Source: Octopus bimaculoides (Eukaryota). From it: a stretch of DNA of 32,923 bases. A model generated the notes under the pieces. The model did no database searches, was not told where the DNA came from, and saw only the letters and a list, made by a program, of their open reading frames with translations. The position numbers were made by a program, and so were the translations under genes. The DNA lies in the NCBI RefSeq assembly GCF_001194135.2, contig NW_026356536.1, positions 48,626 to 81,548 of the forward strand, in the 5' to 3' direction. Shown here one piece after another: positions 10,690 through 20,645 of the stretch (position 1 is the stretch's first letter; every line of letters starts with the position of its first letter).

Positions 10690-10960
10690 GTAGTGATGTG
10701 AACAAAAACCCATCTACCTTTGGTCTTAGCGTCTGCAACTACCAAAATCATGAGGCCAACATCATTCCTACCCACCCGTCTGACACCTTCACGTCCAAAC
10801 CCTCCCTCTTTTGGTCTTTCTTCTTCTCCACTGGTCAACTCTGAAAGAAGGGCTGCTTGTGTTCATCGCGTTGGCCACTTACAGCAATCAAACATGTTCC
10901 AGTCAGGACCACCCCACCTTTTTATCTAAGCCAGTCAAGGCCAACCTGCAGCTTATAGGA
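10690..10960 (-). mobile_element. Old, divergent RTE (BovB-like) C-terminal remnant
   Basis: Translation WPTR*TQAALLSELTSGEEERPKEGGF resembles the RTE C-terminal motif P+Q+LY+EL..G.R..GRP. Confidence 0.45.
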
Positions 10961-11125
10961 CTTTGTGAATGGTATGCCCCATGGAAAATAACCTCAAATC
11001 CTTTTAGTAGTGTGGCCGGCCGGCCTGCCTGCCTGATGAACAATCACTTCTCGAAAAAAGCCTGCTCATGTCTGATCTAGGCTAAGTTTATCTAGGACTA
11101 CAGTATCTCATACAAAATCAATATA

Positions 11126-11288
11126 GGCATGGGAGTGGCTGTGTGGTAAGTAGCTTGCTTACCAACCACATGGTTCCGGGTTCAGTTCCACTGCGTGGCA
11201 CTTTGGGCAAGTGTCTTCTACTATAGCCTCGGGCCGACCAAAGCCTTGTGAGTGGATTTGGTAGATGGAAACTGAAAGAAGCCCGTCG

Positions 11289-11319
<31 letters not shown>

Positions 11320-11518
11320 GTTTGTGTGTCTGTGTTTGTCCCCCCAACATCGCTTGACAACAGATGCTGGTGTGTTTATGTCCCCGTAACTTAGCGCTTC
11401 GGCAAAAGGAGACCGATAGAATAAGTACTAGGCTTACAAAGAATAAGTCCTGGGGTCGATTTGCTCGACTAAAGGCGGTGCTCCAGCATGGCCACAGCCA
11501 AATGACTGAAAAAAAGTA
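11126..11518 (+). mobile_element. Full-length tRNA-derived CORE-like SINE family A
   Basis: A/B-box head, CTTTGGGCAAGTG segment resembling the CORE domain, internal (TA)n(TG)n tract, conserved tail. Confidence 0.92.
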
Positions 11519-11908
11519 AGTCAACCCTCACCAAACAGAATTAGGATTGAAGGTGTTCTGGCACTGAACATCCTACCTTTTATTTACGCTAAGTTTACCA
11601 AGGAGTACAGTATCCCATACACAATAGTCAATATAACTATCAGCTACAAGTCAACCCTCACACCACAGAATCAAGAAGATGTTTCAGCTACGACTATCCA
11701 CAACAAATCACATTTTCCAATGTTGAGTGGGACATGATCTGAGGAAGGTTTGGCTGCTAATTCTAGCAGATCTGTCCATTCAACACACAGAAGCTTTTTC
11801 GTCGGTTTATAAAGCGGTATTAAACTGCACCCACAACAGAACAAAGATCAACTGAGGACCCCATAGCAGAAGAGGAACCACTAGGATAACACGTCATGCA
11901 CTTTTTAA

Positions 11909-13135
11909 TGTTGTGTGGGGAATCTGGACACCACTATCATTGGCTAAGTGAACTCTACTAGTTAGTATAAATGAGCCACACCCTAACAGTTGAGGGAACC
12001 CGTGGAAGAGTTAGGCCCAGGAAGACCAGGGCTCAGATGGTGAGGCAAGACCTTCGAACATTGGGCCTTACCGAGGCAATGACTACTGACCGAGACATTT
12101 GGAAATGTGCTGTGCGTGAGAAGACCCAGCAAGCCAACCAAGGCCTCTGCTAGGGGTGTAGCCAGCCCACTTATGCACACCTTTTCTACATTGGACACTA
12201 AACTACGCTTGCGAAGACTTGTTGAGGCAAGTGAAATCGAACTAAATTCGACGACTGGCACCCGTGCCAACGTCGTCTCCTTCATTGGACACGAAACTCA
12301 GCTTGCGAAGACTTATTGGGGCAAGCGAAAGCGAAATCGGGATAGCACCTGTGCCCAGCGTCGCCTTTCTGGCACTTGTGCCCGTGACATGTGTAAGGAT
12401 TTTCAAGCGAGATCGTTGCCAGTGCCCCTGGACTGGCTCTTGTGCGGGTGGCACATAAAATACACCATTTTGGGCGTGGCCATTGCCAGTGNNNNNNNNN
12501 NNNNNNNNNNNNNNNNNNNNNNNNNNNNNNNNNNNNNNNNNNNNNNNNNNNNNGGACTGGCTCTTGTGCGGGTGGCACATAAAATACACCATTTTGGGCG
12601 TGGCCATTGCCAGTACCGCCTGACTGGCCTTCGTAGGATTTTCGAGCGAGATCGTTGCCAGTGCCCCTGGACTGGCTCTTGTGCGGGTGGCACATAAAAT
12701 ACACCATTTTGGGCGTGGCCATTGCCAGTGCCGCCTGACTGGCCTTCGTGCGGGTGACACATAAAAACACCCACTACACTCTCTGAGTGGTTGGTGTTAG
12801 GAAGGGCATCCAGCTGTAGAAACTCTGCCAAATCAGATTGGAGCCTGGTGTTGCCATCCGGTTTCACCAGTCCTCAGTCAAATCGTCCAACCCATGCTAG
12901 CATGGAAAGCGGACGTTAAACGATGATGATGATGATGATGAGCATGTGCAGAACAGTTTGGGAAGATTGTCACATGCGCAGCAGTCATGATGTAGAAGTC
13001 ATAGGAATTATTGAATAGAGATATTGTGAGGTGCTTGTTGAGGATACACAGTTCAGAGAGTAATGAGAGAACATCAGGGACATTTAATATTATAACAGTT
13101 CAGATATAACGATGACAACGAGAAGTCGTACATCA
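11909..13135 (+). repeat. Gypsy 5' LTR, interrupted by RTE 11977-12937
   Basis: TGTTGT...ACATCA termini; TATAAA at 11966-11971; homologous to 18741-20216. Confidence 0.88.
11977..12937 (+). mobile_element. 5'-truncated RTE in the 5' LTR, with tandemly expanded 3' UTR
   Basis: HTLTVEGTRGRVRPRKT..DLRTLGLTEAMT.DRD.W; TSD ATGAGC (11971-11976, 12938-12943). Confidence 0.92.
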
Positions 13136-13141
13136 TATCAG

Positions 13142-13154
13142 TGGCAATGAGGAT
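13142..13154 (+). promoter_or_regulatory. Primer-binding site, decayed tRNA-Ser(GCT) type
   Basis: TGGCAATGAGGAT equals TGGCGACGAGGAT with two CpG-type transitions; 6 nt after the LTR end. Confidence 0.75.
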
Positions 13155-13166
13155 ACTTCCCACTGT

Positions 13167-13482
13167 TGTTTGTTGGCACTCTGCTGGTTACGACGTCGAG
13201 GGTTCCAGTTGATCCGATCAACGGAACAGCCAGCCCGTGAAATTAACGTGCAAGTAGCTGAGCACTCCACAGACACGTGTACCCTTAACGTAGTTCTCGG
13301 GGATATTCAGCGTGACACAGAGTGTGACAAGGCTGACCCTTTGAATGACAGGCAAAACAAAAACAGGAAGTAAGAGAAAGTTGTGGTGGAAGAGTACAGC
13401 AGGGTTTGCCACCATCCCCTGCCGGAGCCTCATGGGGCTTTAGGTGTTTTCGCTCAATAAACACTCACAACGAGTGTGAGTG
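13167..13482 (-). mobile_element. 5'-truncated SINE family B
   Basis: 12-bp TSD ACTTCCCACTGT (13155-13166, 13483-13494); lacks the tRNA head. Confidence 0.9.
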
Positions 13483-14527
13483 ACTTCCCACTGTGTAACA
13501 GTGGCAACAAGATTACGAACGCTTGTAGGAGTGTCAAAATGGAAGAACTATTATCTTCCATTGTGAAGCAACGACAACAGTTGCAGAAGCAGCTGTTACA
13601 ACAGCAACAAGAATACCATGAACAGCAATAACAACAAATGCTAAACCACCAGCTGATAACAATAATTGCGACAATTCAAGAATGCAGCGGCGTCGCATTT
13701 GGCAGATGCAGTAGCCACCTCCATTGAGGAATTCCTGTATAATCCCGACGATGGGATTACATTTTCTTCATACTATTGAATGTATAAAGAAATATTTAAA
13801 GAGGAGTGCAAAGGCTGGACAAACAAGAAGAAGGCAAGACTTCTTTTGTGTAAACTAGCTCGGTCAGAGTACAAGAAATACTGCAACTTTATTCTACCAA
13901 ACAAGCCACCAGGAATTTATTTTGAAGAAACAAAATATTAACTAATATATTCGGTGAAAAGAGCTCGCTATTCAACATACGTTGAGAATGCCTAGATTTG
14001 AAAAAAAATTTTTAAATAATGAAAACGATGACTTTGTTACATATGCAGGAATTGTAAACAAAGCATGCAAAAGATTCAAGTTAGAAGAGTTGTCCCCAGA
14101 TATGTTTAAATGTTTGATATTTGTCAAAGGACTTAATTGCAAGCGAGAATATTAACAAAATTGACACAAAACACTGAATTAACCTTGCAAAAAGTAGCAG
14201 AAGAATGTCAACGTATTATAAACCTACGGCAGTATACTGAGAAAATTGAAAGAATATAAATGTACAGGTATGTCAACCTACGGCAAACAAAAATATTAAA
14301 ACAAACAAGGTTCAAACCGTTGTTGTGGTTGTGGTGAGTTTGCATTTTAAAAGGGACAGCCCCTTTAGGAATAAAGAAAGCTTTGCTTGTGGCAAAATGG
14401 GACATAAACAGTCGCAGTGTTGGGCAAAAAAGAAAAGGTTGAACAGAAAAACAAATAAAGTTTTTTTAATGAAAACAGATAGTGAGACAAAAAAAAACGA
14501 AAATTTCTATTGGTAAAAATTAATACA

Positions 14528-14791
14528 GTGGAGGCACGTGGCTTAGTGGTTAGGGTGACAGCACCATGATCGTAAGATTGTGGTTTCGATTCCTGGACCG
14601 GGTGACGCATTGTGTTCTTGAGCAAAACACTTCATTTCACACTGCTCCAGTTCCACTCAGCTGACAAAAATGAGTAACGCTGCGATGGACTGGTGCCCCG
14701 TCCAGCTGGGGAACACATACGTCATTGAAACCGGGAAACCGGGGCCATGAGCCTGGCTAGGCTTTAAAAGGGCGCAAAAAAAAAAAAATAA
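14528..14791 (+). mobile_element. tRNA-derived CORE-like SINE family C
   Basis: GGAGGCACGTGGCTTAGTGGTTAGG head, TGTGTTCTTGAGCAAAACACTT core, A-rich tail, TSD TAATACA. Confidence 0.88.
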
Positions 14792-16972
14792 TAATACAAC
14801 TAGACACAGGGAGTGATATCTCAATAATAAATACTGAAAACTGGAAGACCTACGTTCAAGAAAACAAAGCAAGTCTCTGAACAGCAAGTTCAATTCCTGG
14901 GTGAATTGATGCCACATGTAACATAGGAAGACGTTCAAAGCAAAGCTCTACATATCAGAAAATAGCATGAATCTGTTTGGTACAGATTGGATGGAGACAT
15001 TTAATTTGTGGGATTTGCCCATAAGTCTTTTTCTGTAATAATGTGAATGCATCGCACGCCAGTTCGAACAAGGCATCTGAGACATTAGAAATGAAATTGA
15101 AAAAAAATATACTCTGATGTTGTTTAGGAAGAACTTGGTGCATGTACGAAAATAAAAGTGAAATCAGCAACTAAAAGAAAATGCTATTCCAGTTTTTAAA
15201 CCGAGAAGAGCTGTGCCTTTTGCAGAATTAAATCAAGTAGAAAAAGAATAAAAAAAGACTTGAGAATACTGGTGCAATACAACAAATGAGACTATTCGGA
15301 ATGGGCAGCACCAACTGGGTACATAAAAAAGAAAAATAACAAAATAAGGGTCTGTGCTGATTTTTCAACAGGATCTAATTAATGTCTGAAAATTTATATC
15401 CATTACCAAATCCAGAGAAGATTTTTGCCAAGCTTAATGAAGGCAAACTCTTTTCTAAATTGGATTTATCTGAAGTTTATTTACAGCTGTAGGTAGACGA
15501 AGAATGTTGCAAGCTGTTAACAATAAACACGCACAAAGGGTTGTACAGGTTTAACCGACTTCCTTTCGGAATAAAAGTCGCACCTGCAATTTTTCAACAG
15601 GTTATGGATACAATGTTAGCAGACTGTGAATTCACAATTCCATACCTGGGAATTAAAAGTGAATCTCGTGATCCGCATGTCAAGCACGTAAAGTGTGTTT
15701 TTGAAAAAAATAAGAGATTACAGTTTCACACTGAATGAGGAAAAATGTGAATTTTTTTTTTACCTGAAATTAAGTATTTAGGACAAATTATCGACAGGAA
15801 TGGACAACGACCAGACCTGTCGAGGGCAGACGTAATTAAAGATATGCTTCCTCCAACTAATATAACAACCCTACAAGCTTTTCTAGGTCTTGTGAATTAT
15901 TGTCAAATGTATATTCCAAGAATGCATGAGCTAAGAGCACCTTTAAACAAACTGCTGAAAAAAAATGTGAAATGATGTTGGACTGACGAATGCCAAAAAA
16001 GCATTCGAAGATATTAAAAAGATGTTAACATCAGAGCTATCTCAAACACATTTGGATCCGAAGCTAAAAATAATTGTTGCATCAGATGCTAGCGAGCCTG
16101 GGATCAGAGCAGTAATCTTAGATAAGTTGGAAAATGGTAACTTTAAACCGATCACATATGCGTCAAGTGCATTACTATTACCGAAAAAAAAAATTACAGC
16201 TAGAAAAAGAGGCACTAGCCATTATCCTTGCAGTGAAGAAATTTGATAAATTCTTGCACAGCAGAAAGTTTACCTTGCAGACAGATCACGGTCCGCTAGT
16301 AACAATATATGGATCAAAAACAGGTGACCCCACAAATACAGCCAATTGACTACAGCGCTGGGGGAGACTACATTATTAAATTATGTTTTCAAAATGGAAT
16401 TATTGCCTTCGAAGAAATTGGGACACACAGACAGGCTGTCAAGATTGATCCCAGAGTATATGGAACCGCTAGAAGATACAGTAATAGCAGAGTTAAAATC
16501 AGAAATTGAATTTTAAAATATTCTCCGCAATGTAGTGCAGGAACTACCAGTCACATGGGAAGAGATAGAAAGGAAAGCAGAAAAAATGCATTTATTAAAA
16601 AAAAATGAAAAAAAATAATAATGAATGAGATAAATACAAAAAAATATGTCGTTGGCTGTAACACAGGTTTGAAATACTATTCAATGTGTGACAATGTGTT
16701 GATGTACCTGTTGTACTAGAAAATAAGATGCTAAAAGCATTTCATGTAGGACATCCTGGAATTGCAAGGATGAAGGCCATCATGAAGAGTTATATTGACT
16801 GGCCTAGATTGGATAAAGATATTGAGAAACTGGTGAAAGCATTTCGGGGATGCGCCCTGGCAGCTAAGGCACCTTCTAGTAAAGATTCAGATATAGACAG
16901 ATATCGCATGGTCTAGACTACACATAGATGTGGCAGGACCACTAAAGGGTCTATATTATCTGGTAGTGGTAG

Positions 16973-17363
16973 TTGTTGTTGCTGGCACTCCATCGCTTAC
17001 GACGTCGAGGGTTCCAGTTGATCCGATCAATGGAACAGCCTGCTCGTGAAGTCAACGTGCAAGTGGTTGAGCACTCCACAGACACCTGTACCCTTAACGT
17101 AGTTCTCGGAGGATATTCAGCGTGACACTGTGTGACAAGGCTGACCCTTTTGAATTACAGGCACAACAGAAACAGGAAGAAAGAGTGAGAGAAAGTTGTG
17201 GTGGAAGAGTATAGCAGGGTTCGCCACCATCCCCTGCCGGAGCCTCGTGGAGCTTCAGGTGTTTTCGCTCAATAAACACTCACAACGCCCGGTCTGGGAA
17301 TCGAAACCGCAATCCTATGACCATGAGTCCGCTGCCCTAACCACTGGGCCATTGTGTCTAAAC
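16973..17363 (-). mobile_element. Full-length SINE family B in the integrase
   Basis: 11-bp TSD GGTAGTGGTAG (16962-16972, 17364-17374). Confidence 0.93.
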
Positions 17364-17429
17364 GGTAGTGGTAGATAGCCACACAAAATAGCCTGAAATC
17401 TGTAAGTGCAGAAAAACAACTACGAAAAT

Positions 17430-17721
17430 CATCATCATTGTTTGACGTCCATTTTCCATGCTGGCATGGGTTGGACGGTTCGACTGGGGTCTGGGAAGCC
17501 AGGAGGCTGCACCAGGCCCCAATCTGATCTGGCAGTATTTCTACACCTGGATGCCCTTCCTCCTAACGCCAACCACTCAGAGTGCAGTGGGTGTTTTCTA
17601 TGCAACCACCGGCACAGGAGCCAGAAGAGCTGGTATCGACCATGATCGGATGGTGCTTTTTATGTGCCACCGGGACGGAAGCCAGTCAAAGCGGCACTGG
17701 CATTGGCCACGTTCAAATGGT
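17430..17721 (-). mobile_element. RTE 3' UTR fragment in the integrase
   Basis: (CAT)n tail and UTR motifs; the integrase frame resumes at ITTEFLDEIF. Confidence 0.88.
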
Positions 17722-18059
17722 AATAACTACTGAATTTTTGGATGAAATATTTGCACAGTTTGGTGTGCTGGACACTATAATATCGGATAATGGCACGCAA
17801 TTTATAGCAAAAGAGTTCAAAAACTTTTGTAAGACACATCAAATGGAACATGTCACTTCCCCGCCATATCATCTGAGGTCAAATGGACTTTTGGAGAGGT
17901 TTGTAGATACGTTTAAAAGAGCGTTGAGGAAAACCAGAAACAAATCATTAGTGGATAATACACTGACAAAATTTTTACACGTCTACAGAATAACGCCAAA
18001 CCCCAACAGAGTCGGGTGTGTCACCCACTGAATTAATGTTCGCCAGAAAGATACGATCA

Positions 18060-18282
18060 TCATCATTCATCATTTAACGTCCGCTTTCCATGCTAGCATG
18101 GGTTGGACGATTTGACTGAGGACTGGTGAAACCAGATGGCTACACCAGGCTCCAATCTGATTTGGCAGAGTTTCTACAGCTGGATGCCCTTCCTAACGCC
18201 AACCACTCTGAGAGTGTAGTAGGTGCTTTTACATGCCACCAGCATGAGGGCCAGTCAGGCGGTTCTGGCAACGGCCACACTC
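18060..18282 (-). mobile_element. RTE 3' UTR fragment in the integrase
   Basis: TSD ATCA (18056-18059, 18283-18286); splits ARKIR|SVFDKLL. Confidence 0.88.
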
Positions 18283-18728
18283 ATCAGTATTTGATAAATT
18301 GTTACCAGGAGGGAAACAACTAATACAGAAGAATATTGTTAATAATACAAGCTATTTCGATATAGGTGACGCAGTACTTTTTTAAAATGTACAAATATGG
18401 CAAACAAAGTTGGGAACAAGGACGAATAAGCAAACGTCTTGGTAGAGTAATATATATGGTGAAAGGGCAGACATGTGAGCATAAAAGACAGGTAAATCAA
18501 ATGAAAAAAAAACAAACAGAAGGACGAAAAAGGCAGGAAGAGCCTATGGAAATACTTTATGATGTATTTGATATTCTTTCGCCGCAGGGTAGGGTTGATC
18601 CAGTGCACAAGTCAACTAGAAAGAGAAAGTGGACGGAAATGTCAGAGATTGATTCTAAAAGGAAAAAAATATGCCAATTTCTCCCCAAGGAAGTAACAAA
18701 AAAATAAATAAAGGGAAAAACCAATCGC

Positions 18729-18740
18729 AAAGGGGGGAGG
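18729..18740 (+). promoter_or_regulatory. Polypurine tract
   Basis: AAAGGGGGGAGG immediately before the 3' LTR start TGGTGT. Confidence 0.85.
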
Positions 18741-19976
18741 TGGTGTATGGGGAATCGGTACAGCCCCGTGATTAGCTAAGTGAACTAGAGAAAAACTAAA
18801 AGTAGTTGATAGCTTCCGTTACCTAGGTGACCAAGTTAGTAGCGGGGGTGGGTGCTCTGAAAGTGTAGCTGCTAGAATAAGAATAACCCGGGCAAAGTTC
18901 AGAGAGCTCCTACCTCTGCTGGTGACAAAGGGCTTCTCGCTCAGAGTAAAAGGTAGACTGTATGACGCATGTGTACGAACAGCCATGCTACATGGATCGT
19001 AACTGCTGAGTGAAACATGGGCCATGACTGCTCAGGACATGCGTAAGCTCACAAGGAACGAAGCCAGTATGCTCCGCTGGATGTATAATGTCAGTATGCA
19101 TACCCGACAGAGTTTAAGTATCTTGAGAGAAAAGTTGGACCCAAGAAGCATCAGATGTGGTGTGCAAGAGAGACAATTGCGCTGGTATGGTCATGTGATA
19201 CGAATGGATGAGGATACCTGTGTGAAAAAGTGTTACACCCAAGCAGTTGGGGGCTACTGTGGAAGAGGTAGACCCAGGAAGACCTGGGNNNNNNNNNNNN
19301 NNNNNNNNNNNNNNNNNNNNNNNNNNNNNNNNNNNNNNNNNNNNNNNNNNNNNNNNNNNNNNNNNNNNNNNNNNNNNNNNNNNNNNNNNNNNNNNNNNNN
19401 NNNNNNNNNNNNNNNNNNNNNNNNNNNNNNNNNNNNNNNNNNNNNNNNNNNNNNNNNNNNNNNNNNNNNNNNNNNNNNNNNNNNNNNNNNNNNNNNNNNN
19501 NNNNNNNNNNNNNNNNNNNNNNNNNNNNNNNNNNNNNNNNNNNNNNNNNNNNNNNNNNNNNNNNNNNNNNNNNNNNNNNNNNNNNNNNNNNNNNNNNNNN
19601 NNNNNNNNNNNNNNNNNNNNNNNNNNNNNNNNNNNNNNNNNNNNNNNNNNNNNNNNNNNNNNNNNNNNNNNNNNNNNNNNNNNNNNNNNNNNNNNNNNNN
19701 NNNNNNNNNNNNNNNNNNNNNNNNNNNNNNNNNNNNNNNNNNNNNNNNNNNNNNNNNNNNNNNNNNNNNNNNNNNNNNNNNNNNNNNNNNNNNNNNNNNN
19801 NNNNNNNNNNNNNNNNNNNNNNNNNNNNNNNNNNNNNNGGAGTGGTTGGCGTTAGGAAGGGCATCCAGCTGTAGAAACTCTGCCAGATCAGATTGGAGCC
19901 TGGTGCAGCCTTCTGGCTCACCAGTCCCCAATCAAACGGTCCAACCCATGCTAGCATGGAAAGTGGACGTTAAACA

Positions 19977-20007
<31 letters not shown>

Positions 20008-20216
20008 GCATACGCAGAACAGTCTGGGAAGAGTGTCATATGCACAGTCATATAATGTGCAGATTGTAGGAATTATTGAATAGAGACAGCATGGAGTGCT
20101 TGTTGAGGATACACAGTTGGAGAGTAATAAGGGAACAGTTGGAGAGTAATAAGGGAACATCAAGAACGCTTGATATTATAACAGTTCAGATATAACAGTG
20201 ACAACAAGAAGTTCCA
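18741..20216 (+). repeat. Gypsy 3' LTR, interrupted by RTE 18787-20003
   Basis: About 80% identical to the 5' LTR by eye; internal duplication of about 21 bp (acagttggagagtaataaggga x2); terminal bases missing or diverged. Confidence 0.85.
18787..20003 (+). mobile_element. 5'-truncated RTE in the 3' LTR (contains an assembly gap)
   Basis: KVVDSFRYLGDQ..ARIR..AKFRELLPLL..RVKGRLYDACVRTAMLHG..LRWYGHVIRM..GRGRPRKTW; (GAT)n tail joins AGCA of the LTR. Confidence 0.92.
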
Positions 20217-20221
20217 CTTAC

Positions 20222-20398
20222 CTTGTGTGAAAAGGGCTGGTCATTTTTAAAAAGCCAAAATGGGTAGAGTATGCGGTCATAGTGAGCCTTAATTATGGAT
20301 CCTAATCCTTTTCCAGTGGGTAACCCAAGTCTACAGGCCACTTTCGACCACCTTCTCTCTTTACAGACATAGTCATAACCGGTCTCCTCTTCAACGAT
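20222..20398 (-). CDS. KDM5: KDM5/lid coding exon, C-terminal half of ARID (IVEEETGYDYVCKERRWSKVACRLGLPTGKGLGSIIKAHYDRILYPFWLFKNDQPFSHK)
   Basis: Acceptor ctgttttgtag, donor gtaagt, 177 nt, phase 0-0. WSKV..RLG..GKG.GS..K.HY.RILYP is diagnostic of the KDM5 ARID. Confidence 0.96.
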
Positions 20399-20449
20399 CT
20401 ACAAAACAGATAACAGAGAAATATTATTCGGGGAAACAATCAATCATTA

Positions 20450-20645
20450 AACATTCAGATCACTCAGTCCAATGTAATTACTTATTCATGAACAAGATTT
20501 TGCATTAATCACGCTTCAAGATTTTGATGATGTTTATTTATAGAATGACATTGCAAGGTAGGTGTGAAAGGCTAGATCTGACTGGTTTGGACCTAAAACT
20601 AGTAGAATATTTAGGCTGGATATGATCAGTTTAAATGCTAGGGGT
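20450..20645. repeat. Interspersed repeat, possibly a piggyBac-like MITE
   Basis: Homologous to 9350-9510; decayed ends ACATTCAGAT and AAATGCTAGGGG. Superfamily assignment is from memory. Confidence 0.5.

Larger units (their letters stand above)
13539..18707 (+). pseudogene. Gypsy gag-pol remnant (frameshifts, stops, nested inserts)
   Basis: gag DDFVTYAGIVNK..FKCLIFVKGL and CCGCGELH/FACGKMGHKQSQC knuckles; PR LDTGS (14800-14814); RT RLPFGIKVAPAIFQQVMD; RNaseH VASDAS..EKEALAII..QTDH; IN HVGHPG..C, HIDVAGP, SDNGTQF, SNGLLERF. Confidence 0.95.
11909..20216 (+). mobile_element. Decayed Ty3/Gypsy LTR retrotransposon (Mag-like) with seven nested insertions
   Basis: Paired LTRs, PBS, PPT, gag with two Cys/His knuckles, and domain order PR-RT-RNaseH-IN. 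Confidence 0.95.

Noticed and set aside
10718-10840. 123-nt candidate KDM5 exon on the minus strand (acceptor cttctttcag, donor gtagat)
   Set aside because: Open only in phase 1-1, whereas the flanking exons need phase 0 (immediate TGA). The peptide looks like an old RTE C-terminus and the donor is weak. At most a cryptic poison exon.
12350-12790. CRISPR-like repeat array
   Set aside because: The units are tandem duplicates of an RTE 3' UTR without unique spacers; eukaryotic context and no cas genes.
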